Shown here piece by piece: positions 1 through 8,056 of a stretch of DNA of 17,852 bases. The stretch is from Oligoflexus sp. (GTDB lineage: Bacteria > Bdellovibrionota_B > Oligoflexia > Oligoflexales > Oligoflexaceae). The stretch covers positions 1-17,852 of the forward strand of contig JBGSTX010000141.1 in the NCBI GenBank assembly GCA_041736305.1, written 5' to 3'. The translations under genes were made by a program, and so were the position numbers. The number at the start of each line of letters is the position of its first letter. The stretch's first letter is position 1. The notes under the pieces were generated by a model. That model was not told the origin of the DNA. It searched no databases and saw only the letters and a program-made list of their open reading frames with translations.

Positions 1-155
1 TGAATTTCGATTCTAAACTCATTCCGGGTAAAGACCTTGGCTGGAGTCGTAACAGTTCGGAAGCTGAAAAGATTTCAGCTCGATTTACCTGCACTGAGTA
101 CGCTAAGTATGATGTGGGGACACGTCCTCTCTGCTGGTTCAAGCCGCTTCTCTAA
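1..155 (+). CDS. 3' end of a hypothetical protein (partial, runs off the window)
   Basis: The frame starting at nt 3 is open for 50 codons (NFDSKLIPGKDLGWSRNSSEAEKISARFTCTEYAKYDVGTRPLCWFKPLL) to TAA at 153-155. A terminator hairpin follows immediately. Confidence 0.6.
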   Translation, partial: NFDSKLIPGKDLGWSRNSSEAEKISARFTCTEYAKYDVGTRPLCWFKPLL

Positions 156-175
156 GCTTGAGAGCTAAAAACAGC

Positions 176-213
176 AAAAAAGCCTTCCGCGTTGCGACGT
201 GGAAGGCTTTTTT
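176..213. terminator. Bidirectional Rho-independent terminator
   Basis: AAAAAAGCCTTCC-GCGT-tgcg-ACGT-GGAAGGCTTTTTT is an inverted repeat with A- and T-runs on either side, lying between two convergent genes. Confidence 0.9.
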
Positions 214-230
214 AGTTTTTTAAACTTGTC

Positions 231-1307
231 TCAGAGAGATTTTTCGAGATTATCTGTTTTTAAGGTTTCGAGGCTGCTGCTGAGTGCAGCAAAAGTTTCA
301 GTCTTTTTCAGGCGGTACTGCCGCAAAACATTGCCATCCAGATTAAAGAGGCGCTGAGTTTTGTTAGACGGATCCCCGGTCTTGACAGCGTCGAGAGCAA
401 ACCAACTCGAACCCACCACTTCACTTAGCTGATAAGTGAACGACCAAGCGCCGTCGGGCTTAATCTCCGGTGCTCCCTCACAGCTTGTGTTCTTATAGCG
501 ATAAATGTCAGTCTTAAAGGCGCTGTCTGCAAACATCACGACATACTTGAGGCTCTGATCCGGATTGCGATTGTCGGGAATGCACTCTTCGGGAATCCAG
601 GTACCTTGCACCAGTTTTATAAAACGCTTAGCGGCCGGGCTTAAACTGGTCGGAGCTGCAGGTTGAACCATTGGAGTCTCTGCTGGCTGAGCTGAAGAGC
701 CTGAGCTAAGCTCGCTGAGCTTACCCTTTCTATAAGTGTAAGTCGGAGAGCTGTCACTAGCGCTAAAAACGGCGCCGGGTTTGAGACTTTTTGTCTCGAG
801 TTGCTCACCAAGCAGACGAAGGGCTGTGATTTTTTCACCTTTGCAGCCATTTGCATCAGATAGACAACTGCCGCTCGCCACGAACCAACCACTTGGGTCC
901 TGCTTGAGACTAAGCTTATAAGCTCTTGCGCCGCCATCAGGCTGTAGAGAAGGTCCAGAGCAATCCGGCGTAGAATATTTGAAAATATAAGTGGTCCAGG
1001 TGGCGCCTTCGAAAGCATAGGCAAAGAGATTGGATCCTTGATCGGTCGGCTTGCAGCTATCGAGCCAGGTTCCGGCGATCGACTTTAAAAAACCTGAGCT
1101 TTCAGGGGAGTTCAAGGCGGCAGCAGGGGGTGTAGGGGACGGATTGTTGCTACCAGTGCGTGGTTGGGAGACTGGGCTCACTGGCTGCGTCGGAAGGGCT
1201 GGAAGCTCCTTTTTCTTGTCGGCGTCACTGTCGTCACTGCAAGATATCGGGAGAAGAAAAGAAAGGCCTAAAAACAGGGAGTTACTTAAACTTTGATATC
1301 GCTTCAT
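231..1307 (-). CDS. Lipoprotein of unknown function with two tandem homologous beta-rich (lipocalin-like GTW) domains
   Basis: Signal peptide with lipobox-like LPISC (Cys23) and Pro/Ser-rich linkers. Two repeats each contain F-x-K-x-x-x-GTW...C...Y...C-x-G...PDG...WF. AAGGGA RBS at 1316-1321. Confidence 0.8.
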   Translation of the reverse strand: MKRYQSLSNSLFLGLSFLLPISCSDDSDADKKKELPALPTQPVSPVSQPRTGSNNPSPTPPAAALNSPESSGFLKSIAGTWLDSCKPTDQGSNLFAYAFEGATWTTYIFKYSTPDCSGPSLQPDGGARAYKLSLKQDPSGWFVASGSCLSDANGCKGEKITALRLLGEQLETKSLKPGAVFSASDSSPTYTYRKGKLSELSSGSSAQPAETPMVQPAAPTSLSPAAKRFIKLVQGTWIPEECIPDNRNPDQSLKYVVMFADSAFKTDIYRYKNTSCEGAPEIKPDGAWSFTYQLSEVVGSSWFALDAVKTGDPSNKTQRLFNLDGNVLRQYRLKKTETFAALSSSLETLKTDNLEKSL

Positions 1308-1404
1308 GGAAAATATCCCTTCAGGCGAGCAGTTACATTCTCAAGGCCACCGTTTAGGCCCGAGACATAGCAAACTCGCCGGCTTGAAGCAAATTTAAAC
1401 CGGA

Positions 1405-2853
1405 TCAGATTTTAACCGTAGCCAAAAGAATCTTCAGCTCCGCTTCCGTATAACGAAAAAAGAAGCTCTCGGACTGGTTGATGCGCCAGAGCCCAGGGGG
1501 CATACCCTTCTGTTTTTTGAGCTGCGCCTTCCGAGTAACGTAGCATTCACCGGCTAGATCCTCGCGGAAGCGAGAAAAATGCAGGGCAAGTATAGCGGCT
1601 TCACGCATAAGCTGAGTGGGTAGAGTCTGGCGAATATCGGGAGCAGCTGGAATGATAACATGTGATCCTGTGACGTTTACAGCATGCAACCAATAGTCAT
1701 TAGAGCGAGCAGATTTCGTCAAGGTGTCGTTGTGCTGCGCATCTTTGCCAACAAGAATGGTGTGACCGGTCGATGCTTGGTAAGTTTTAAATGCTTTGGC
1801 ACCGCCGTCATCATCTTGCGCAGACTTTCGCGCTAAGGTGATAGCTGGCAAACGGTATTTTCTGCTCAAGCTATCCCAATCACTTGGACTTCGGGCCTGC
1901 TTCAAAAACTCCAGATCTTCTGCAAGTGACTGCATTTCGGAGTCAGCTCGTTCGATCTGCTGCCGACCCATATCTCTGCCGCGACGCACGCGTCGGAAAG
2001 ATTGAAAAGCTGCCTCGATCTGTGCTCCCGTTGTTTTTTCAGGGTCCAAATTGATCACCAGCTCTTCGTCAAGACCGCTCAGAGCCGGTTCCAGTCGAAG
2101 TTCAATAGCTTCCAGCTTGACGAGATGCGCGTAGCTTTGAAGGAGAAATGCCCGACGCTCCTCTGCTTCGACCTCACTAGCGGAAGGGAGATCTTTCTTT
2201 AGCTTTTCGAGTGTCTTTCTGATGGTTTTCTGCTTTCGCTTGAGACGCGCTACGAGTTCGCGCTGAGCCTCAGGGACTAGCTCTCGATCCGCTTCAAGAG
2301 GGCTGTCTTCTACATCTAATGTTTGAAGTTCTCTGTCAGTGTCGGTCTGTTTCGAGAGAGCTATTTCCGAAAGGAGCGCAGGCAGAAGATTCTTCTCGAG
2401 CTGCTCTGGAATAGGTGAATTAAGACTGTGTTTCTTGGTAAAAGTTCCTTTCTGCCCGTAACTCACGAAAACAATCCCCTCCGGATCGACCAAAGAAGCA
2501 AGAGGCGGGCGGCTTCTAAAGAGAATGATACGCCAAGGGTGGCTGGTCTCAGGCCCTGAGAGGAGCGGGATGTAAAGGTTACCGCTGGCTTCGTCGACGA
2601 GGATTTCCTTGATCGCAAAATTCGCAAGTTGCTTTCTGAGAATCTGAATAAAAGCGTGGTTTGAACTCGCGTCGCTGGGCTTTTCTGCAGTAAAGCGGGC
2701 GCCGAAGGATTGCTGGCGAAGATCGAGTGTGAGATGGGTTTTTTTCGGATACTCTTCGCCGTTTCCCGAGGCTTGGCACTGGAAAATTAGACAAAGATCG
2801 CCGCTTATCCACGTCTTGAGTATCCGCAGTTTGCCTGTCGTTGAATGGGACAC
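1405..2853 (-). CDS. NFACT family (RqcH/FbpA-like) protein with coiled coil and C-terminal NFACT-R (DUF814) domain; N-domain divergent
   Basis: C-terminal ILVGKDAQHNDTLT...DYWLHAVNVTGSHVII...EAAILALHFS...YVTRKAQLKK is the NFACT-R signature. The central coiled coil includes the INLDPEKT motif. N-terminal F-x-x-ILRKQL. GTG start with AAGGA RBS. Confidence 0.88.
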   Translation of the reverse strand: MSHSTTGKLRILKTWISGDLCLIFQCQASGNGEEYPKKTHLTLDLRQQSFGARFTAEKPSDASSNHAFIQILRKQLANFAIKEILVDEASGNLYIPLLSGPETSHPWRIILFRSRPPLASLVDPEGIVFVSYGQKGTFTKKHSLNSPIPEQLEKNLLPALLSEIALSKQTDTDRELQTLDVEDSPLEADRELVPEAQRELVARLKRKQKTIRKTLEKLKKDLPSASEVEAEERRAFLLQSYAHLVKLEAIELRLEPALSGLDEELVINLDPEKTTGAQIEAAFQSFRRVRRGRDMGRQQIERADSEMQSLAEDLEFLKQARSPSDWDSLSRKYRLPAITLARKSAQDDDGGAKAFKTYQASTGHTILVGKDAQHNDTLTKSARSNDYWLHAVNVTGSHVIIPAAPDIRQTLPTQLMREAAILALHFSRFREDLAGECYVTRKAQLKKQKGMPPGLWRINQSESFFFRYTEAELKILLATVKI

Positions 2854-2867
2854 AATATATTCCTTGG

Positions 2868-3815
2868 CTAAGGCCTTTGCGGAGGCTTTTTTGCGGGTGA
2901 ATCTTGCGTTCGGGGACGAAAAGTACTGGATTTCGTCTCATGACCAAAAGGCGGTGGTTCAGCCCCCGGGTGGTCGACGTAGAAGTCAAAGCCGGCTTCG
3001 CTCACATCGTCTCTCGGTTCATAGCCTTCGACGGGCCTCCCAAAGTCACCTGTGGCGAGAGCGGACTGTCGCAAGGTTGCAGTAATAAACCCTTGCTTAT
3101 ACATTTCGTCAATAATTTGCGCATAGCGACGATGTCCAAAACCGGTCAACTCTTTTTGTCTGAGGCCCTTTGACCAGCGATTGGGACTCGGCAGGACCAG
3201 AGCCAGATGAGCTCCATCCTGTATCGTGAGGAGTTCGGCAGAAGTCTGAAAGAAGTGCGCGGCGGCAGCATTGATACCAAAAACGCCATCTCCGAATTCA
3301 ACTAGGTTGATATACCATTCGAGGATTTCATCCTTATCGAGAACTTGTTCCAGCAGCAGGGCCCCCAGGGCTTCGCGGGTTTTGCGCACAATATTCTTCT
3401 CGGAGCCGAGAAAGCCCATTTTTACTACCTGTTGGGTAATAGTCGAGGCACCGCGCGCATAGCGCTTCTGCTCCATATTTTGTTCAAAACTTTGCCTGAT
3501 CTCATGCCAGTCGAGTCCGTTGTGCTCGTAAAAGCGCGCATCTTCAGCCACCACAATTGCATGGAGAACATGGCGAGACACCTTATGGATAGGTACCCAG
3601 GTCGGCTGGCCCGGTCCAACAGTGAAAACCTGCGCTCCCGACTTCGGCCAGCGCAACACCGCAATGGGCCCCTCTCGTAGAGTCCATACAGGTGGTACCA
3701 TCAGCGCCAAAGCCAAGCAGAAAGCAAAGACTAAAAAGCCGCCACCGAGCAGGATCCAGCGTATGGCCCTCATGCGAATAATACTTTTCTTCAGCTCCTC
3801 GCTTGGTTTTGTCAT
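2868..3815 (-). CDS. mtgA: Monofunctional peptidoglycan transglycosylase (GT51, MtgA-like)
   Basis: N-terminal TM helix; GT51 motifs EDARFYEHNG, GASTITQQVVK, RKTRE and KDEILEWYIN; no transpeptidase domain. GAGG RBS. Confidence 0.88.
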   Translation of the reverse strand: MTKPSEELKKSIIRMRAIRWILLGGGFLVFAFCLALALMVPPVWTLREGPIAVLRWPKSGAQVFTVGPGQPTWVPIHKVSRHVLHAIVVAEDARFYEHNGLDWHEIRQSFEQNMEQKRYARGASTITQQVVKMGFLGSEKNIVRKTREALGALLLEQVLDKDEILEWYINLVEFGDGVFGINAAAAHFFQTSAELLTIQDGAHLALVLPSPNRWSKGLRQKELTGFGHRRYAQIIDEMYKQGFITATLRQSALATGDFGRPVEGYEPRDDVSEAGFDFYVDHPGAEPPPFGHETKSSTFRPRTQDSPAKKPPQRP

Positions 3816-3853
3816 CGTTATCCTCGCGGCCGCCGCTTTCGGGGCGATCCGGG

Positions 3854-6800
3854 TCAGTAATGAAAGTTCACACCTTCCCGCTTCAGACTATAGAGAGATA
3901 GACACGCGGGATCGGTTAGATCTATGCCGCTGCGATTCGATTTAATCTTAACCTGAGCCTTTTCAAAAGCCAATTCGAGCGCCAAAGGTGTTGAGCCGGG
4001 GTGCTTATTGACCATTTCCTGTATTTTCTGAATGAGGCGTCGCTGTTTGTCCAGCTGCGGTGGATCGCAATCCAGCTTCGCCTTCAGCTGGATAGTGACT
4101 TTTTTCACGGCCGCTTTTCTAGCTTCTTCCAAGGCTTGAATTCCCTCGACCCTGACATTGATGCTCATCCCATCGAAACTCTTCTGCACGTTGAGCTGAA
4201 CGACCACCATAGTGAGTGGGTCAGGACGCTTTTCAGGGAGATCATTTTCGAAAGCGACAGCCTCCCATGAGCCTGTTTCATCTTCGAGCCTCAGGTAGGC
4301 CATCCTTTTACCGGTCTTCGTGATACGCTCTGATACATCACTGAGAAAGGCCACGCAGAAAATACCTTTCTTCCCAAGCGACTTGGCTATGTCCTGAATC
4401 TTGATCTGGCTGAACCGGGCCACGTCGAGGCTATAGCAGTCAACTGGATGGCCCGAGAGAAAGACTCCTAGAATCTTACGCTCCTTGAGGAGCCATTCAA
4501 TTGGATTGACTGTTACGTCGAGGGTGGCAGCGCGTTCCTCCCAATCTGCAATATCTACTTGCTCCTTTTGATCGACGCTATCGTCGAAATCGTCGAAGAG
4601 CAATCTCTGGCCCCGACTCTTGTGGCCATGGTGGGCTTCGCTGAATTTGATCATATCGCTGAGGACTTGCATAAGCACGGCACGGCTCTTACCAAAACTA
4701 TCGAGGCCCCCAGCCTGAATAAGGAGCTCCAGCGTCTTCTTGCCCAGCTTCTGCAGCTCGACCCGTTTAGCTAATTCAGTCAGGGAGCGGAAACGCCCAT
4801 TAGCTTTGCGCTCCTCGAGCATCGGTAGAAGGGAGCTGCTGCCGATACCTTTGATCGCTGCTAGACCAAAACCAATCGACTTGCTAGCGGGGACATCGAA
4901 TTCAAGGAAGCTTCGATTGATATCGGGAGGCAGCAGCTTGAAGCGCAGACGGCGGCATTCTTCGACATAGCGAACTAGCTTGTCAGTATTGTCCAAATCG
5001 CAGGTCATGATCGCAGCCATGAACTGCTCTGGAAAGAAGGTCTTAAGATAGGCAGTCTGATAACTCACGAGGCCATAGGCTGCCGAGTGAGACTTATTGA
5101 AGCCGTAGGCCGCAAATTTAGCCATAAGCTCAAAGAGATCTTCAGCCAGCTTCTCGTCGACCTGATTGTCGCGGCAACCGGATACGAAGCGGACCTTCTG
5201 TTTGGCCATCTCTTCGGGCTTTTTCTTACCCATGGCTCGGCGAAGAAGATCGGCCTCGCCCAGCGAGTATTTCGCCAGCTGCGCCGCGATCTTCTGTACC
5301 TGTTCCTGGTATAGGATGATTCCGTAAGTATCTTCGAGAATGCCCTCCAATTGAGGATGCTCGTATCTTATTTCCTGCCGCCCATGCTTGCGCTCGATGA
5401 AGTCGTCGACCATGCCTGATCCAAGGGGACCTGGACGAAAGAGGGCGACCACGGCTATTATGTCTTCAAAGCGACTCGGTTTAAGCTTCTTGAGCAGAGC
5501 TTGCATTCCCGAGCTTTCCAACTGGAAAATGCCGACGCTTTGAGCCTGGGAAATGGCATCGTAGACTTCGCGTCGCTCAAGATTTATCTTATCGATGTCA
5601 AAGCGGGGTTCGCGCGCTGCCCGGATGAGTTTGACGGCCATGTGGATCACCGTCAGAGTCTTGAGGCCCAGAAAATCGAATTTCACGAGCCCGACTTTTT
5701 CGGCATTTTTCATTTCGTACTGCGTGATGAGCGAACCGTCTTCAGACTTGTAGACAGGAACCAGGTTCTGCATCCCGCCTTCGCTGATCACTACACCCGC
5801 CGCATGAACCGAGGTGTGTCGACTCAGGCCTTCGATTTTTAAGGCCAGCTCCAGCATCTTCCTGATGTTCTCGTCTTTTTTCGCTTCTTCATTGATGCGG
5901 GGTTCTTTGACGAGAGCATCCGTAAGCTTTATATCGAGCTCGTTCGGGATAAGTTTGGCGATACGATCGACTTTTCCGTAGCCGATTTGCAAAACCCGTC
6001 CGACGTCCCGCAGGGCGGCCTTGGCCTTCATCTTACCAAAGGTGGTGATCTGAGCGACATTCTCAGCCCCATAGCGTTTGGTAACGTAGCGAATGACCTC
6101 ATCGCGACGATCTTGACAGAAGTCCACATCAAAGTCAGGCATCGAAACGCGTTCAGGATTGAGGAAACGCTCGAAGATCAAATTAAATTCAAGGGGATCC
6201 AAATCTGTGATGCGCAAGGCGTAGGCTACGAGCGAACCAGCTCCTGAACCCCGGCCAGGCCCTACAGGAATGTCTTGTTTTTTAGCCCAGTTGATAAAGT
6301 CCTGAACGATCAAAAAATAGCCGGGAAAGCCCATGGAAATGATGACTTCGACTTCATAAGCCAGGCGGGCCCGATAGACCTGTTCGCGATCAGCGTCGAG
6401 CTTTTTGCCATAGAGTATCCGAAGGTGGCTGAGCCTATCTTCGAGACCCTCGGCAGCAAGGCGCCGCAGAGCATCTGGCTCGGATTCGCCGCTCGGTAGC
6501 TCAAAGCGCGGTAGAAAATATTCACCGAACTTGAACTCAAGTTTGCACAGATCAGCGATCTTCTTCTGGTTAGAGAGAGCCTCTGGCCACGCACCGTAGG
6601 CTCTATGCATTTCTTCGTTGTCAAAAAGATGAAATTCGGCCGTCTGAATCCGACGCCTTAGATCGGTCATCGTCAAATCGTTCTTGATAGCCGTGAGGAC
6701 CGCATGAGCTTCGGCGTCATCGCGGTTTAGATAGTGACTGTCGGCGCTGCCGACGATAGGCAGGCCGTAGTGGGCCGCAGCTTCGACCAAGAGAGGTAGG

Positions 6801-7459
6801 AGGCGGCGCTGCTGAGCGATATTATTGTCGATCAATTCGATGTAATAGGACTCTGGACCAAATATTTCTTTCATCGTCTGCACGTGGGCGTCTAGCGCAG
6901 CGACCAGCGGCATGAGCTCAGTAGATGGCGAACGGAGCATAGCCAGGGGGTCCGGAGTCTTTTCGGCGAGCATTTCCAAGAGGGCCCCAAACTCCCCACG
7001 TAAACAACTGGAAAGAGCGAGCAGATCTTCGGAATGTTTGCGCAGCGCTTCCAAGGAAATCGTCGGGACTCCGCCTATCGATTTGGCATCAAGGTAACTA
7101 GAACTGACGAGGCGGCAGAGTGTATAGTAGCCTTTTAGCGACTTGGCGAGAACGACGAGGTGGAAAGCTCCCATTTTCCGGGGAAGTACAAAACCTTCCT
7201 TAGAAAGTTCGCGCGTCTCGGGGAGCCCTTCCCAGTAGAGCTCGGCACCCAAAATAGCTTTGATGTTGTTTTCTTTGCACTTGCCGTAGAATTCAATCGC
7301 CCCGAACATATTGCCATGATCGGTCATTGCAATTGCTTGATGACCTAAACTTTTGGCTTTCTTGATGAGATCGCCAATACGTATGGCACCATCGAGGAGC
7401 GAGTACTCGCTATGCACATGCAAATGGACGTATTCTGATGCCGAGGATCTTGCATCCAC
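3854..7459 (-). CDS. dnaE: DNA polymerase III alpha subunit (DnaE1 type)
   Basis: PHP domain HLHVHSEYSLLDG, GPGRGSGAGSLV, catalytic PDFDVDF, KFDFLGL, YGFNKSHS, clamp-binding-like QRLLF and C-terminal OB-fold. GTG start with GAGG RBS. Confidence 0.98.
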   Translation of the reverse strand: MDARSSASEYVHLHVHSEYSLLDGAIRIGDLIKKAKSLGHQAIAMTDHGNMFGAIEFYGKCKENNIKAILGAELYWEGLPETRELSKEGFVLPRKMGAFHLVVLAKSLKGYYTLCRLVSSSYLDAKSIGGVPTISLEALRKHSEDLLALSSCLRGEFGALLEMLAEKTPDPLAMLRSPSTELMPLVAALDAHVQTMKEIFGPESYYIELIDNNIAQQRRLLPLLVEAAAHYGLPIVGSADSHYLNRDDAEAHAVLTAIKNDLTMTDLRRRIQTAEFHLFDNEEMHRAYGAWPEALSNQKKIADLCKLEFKFGEYFLPRFELPSGESEPDALRRLAAEGLEDRLSHLRILYGKKLDADREQVYRARLAYEVEVIISMGFPGYFLIVQDFINWAKKQDIPVGPGRGSGAGSLVAYALRITDLDPLEFNLIFERFLNPERVSMPDFDVDFCQDRRDEVIRYVTKRYGAENVAQITTFGKMKAKAALRDVGRVLQIGYGKVDRIAKLIPNELDIKLTDALVKEPRINEEAKKDENIRKMLELALKIEGLSRHTSVHAAGVVISEGGMQNLVPVYKSEDGSLITQYEMKNAEKVGLVKFDFLGLKTLTVIHMAVKLIRAAREPRFDIDKINLERREVYDAISQAQSVGIFQLESSGMQALLKKLKPSRFEDIIAVVALFRPGPLGSGMVDDFIERKHGRQEIRYEHPQLEGILEDTYGIILYQEQVQKIAAQLAKYSLGEADLLRRAMGKKKPEEMAKQKVRFVSGCRDNQVDEKLAEDLFELMAKFAAYGFNKSHSAAYGLVSYQTAYLKTFFPEQFMAAIMTCDLDNTDKLVRYVEECRRLRFKLLPPDINRSFLEFDVPASKSIGFGLAAIKGIGSSSLLPMLEERKANGRFRSLTELAKRVELQKLGKKTLELLIQAGGLDSFGKSRAVLMQVLSDMIKFSEAHHGHKSRGQRLLFDDFDDSVDQKEQVDIADWEERAATLDVTVNPIEWLLKERKILGVFLSGHPVDCYSLDVARFSQIKIQDIAKSLGKKGIFCVAFLSDVSERITKTGKRMAYLRLEDETGSWEAVAFENDLPEKRPDPLTMVVVQLNVQKSFDGMSINVRVEGIQALEEARKAAVKKVTIQLKAKLDCDPPQLDKQRRLIQKIQEMVNKHPGSTPLALELAFEKAQVKIKSNRSGIDLTDPACLSLYSLKREGVNFHY

Positions 7460-7542
7460 AGAGTTTTTTCCTCAATATGAGAGAAGGAATCAAAGACGAA
7501 CGAGTCTCTCTCAAGAACTTTCTCCGGCGAGACTGTCGGATG

Positions 7543-7570
7543 ATTATACCTGGGCGAGCGGCTGGGGCAA
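7543..7570 (-). promoter_or_regulatory. Putative sigma70 promoter for the dnaE operon
   Basis: Minus strand reads TTGCCC-N16-TATAAT (perfect -10), about 80 nt upstream of the dnaE start. Confidence 0.6.
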
Positions 7571-7614
7571 GGTGCGTTCCAAGGCAGAATGCAGACATCT
7601 TTATGGTGTTTAAA

Positions 7615-7623
7615 TGACATAAT
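7615..7623 (+). promoter_or_regulatory. Possible extended -10 promoter for the small Cys-rich gene
   Basis: TG-A-CATAAT lies 16 nt before the ATG at 7640, with a GAAGGGG RBS in between. Confidence 0.35.
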
Positions 7624-7639
7624 GCAGAAGGGGTTAGCT

Positions 7640-8044
7640 ATGCTCAAGAGTTCTTACTTTTTCGCTAGTCTTGCTATGTCTATATGGCCTCATGTTTGGG
7701 CTTCTGGAGCTAAAAAACCCGCTTCACCAGCCGGAGCCTCTATTTCCCAGCATAGCTGTCGTTTTTTAACCGAAGAGCTTCCTACGATGTGTAGCGAATA
7801 CCAGGGCCTCAAAGCGGACAGTGAAAAAACTGCGATGGAAGCCTGTGAGAAGAGAAGCGAGCAGGGCGCCAAATGGAAAAATGGACCCTGCCCTAGCGAA
7901 GGTCGGGTTGGCCTGTGCAAACTGGGCGCTTTAGCCAAGGACCAGCCTTCTTCGACGCAGATCTACTATGCTCCGGGCTTCAGTACAGATGCGGCTAAGA
8001 TAATGTGCGAGAACGGCAGCAAAGGCTCATTTCTCGCGCCATAG
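7640..8044 (+). CDS. Small exported Cys-rich hypothetical protein (134 aa)
   Basis: ATG at 7640 is preferred over 7589 because of the GAAGGGG RBS. Signal-peptide-like N-terminus (...PHVWA) and six Cys in the mature part (CSEY, EAC, PCP, GLC, IMC). Confidence 0.75.
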   Translation: MLKSSYFFASLAMSIWPHVWASGAKKPASPAGASISQHSCRFLTEELPTMCSEYQGLKADSEKTAMEACEKRSEQGAKWKNGPCPSEGRVGLCKLGALAKDQPSSTQIYYAPGFSTDAAKIMCENGSKGSFLAP

Positions 8045-8056
8045 TTTAAGCTCGCG

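Noticed and set aside
3854..7459. Intein or split dnaE
   Set aside because: The ORF is continuous and near normal length, with no intein splice or LAGLIDADG motifs seen.
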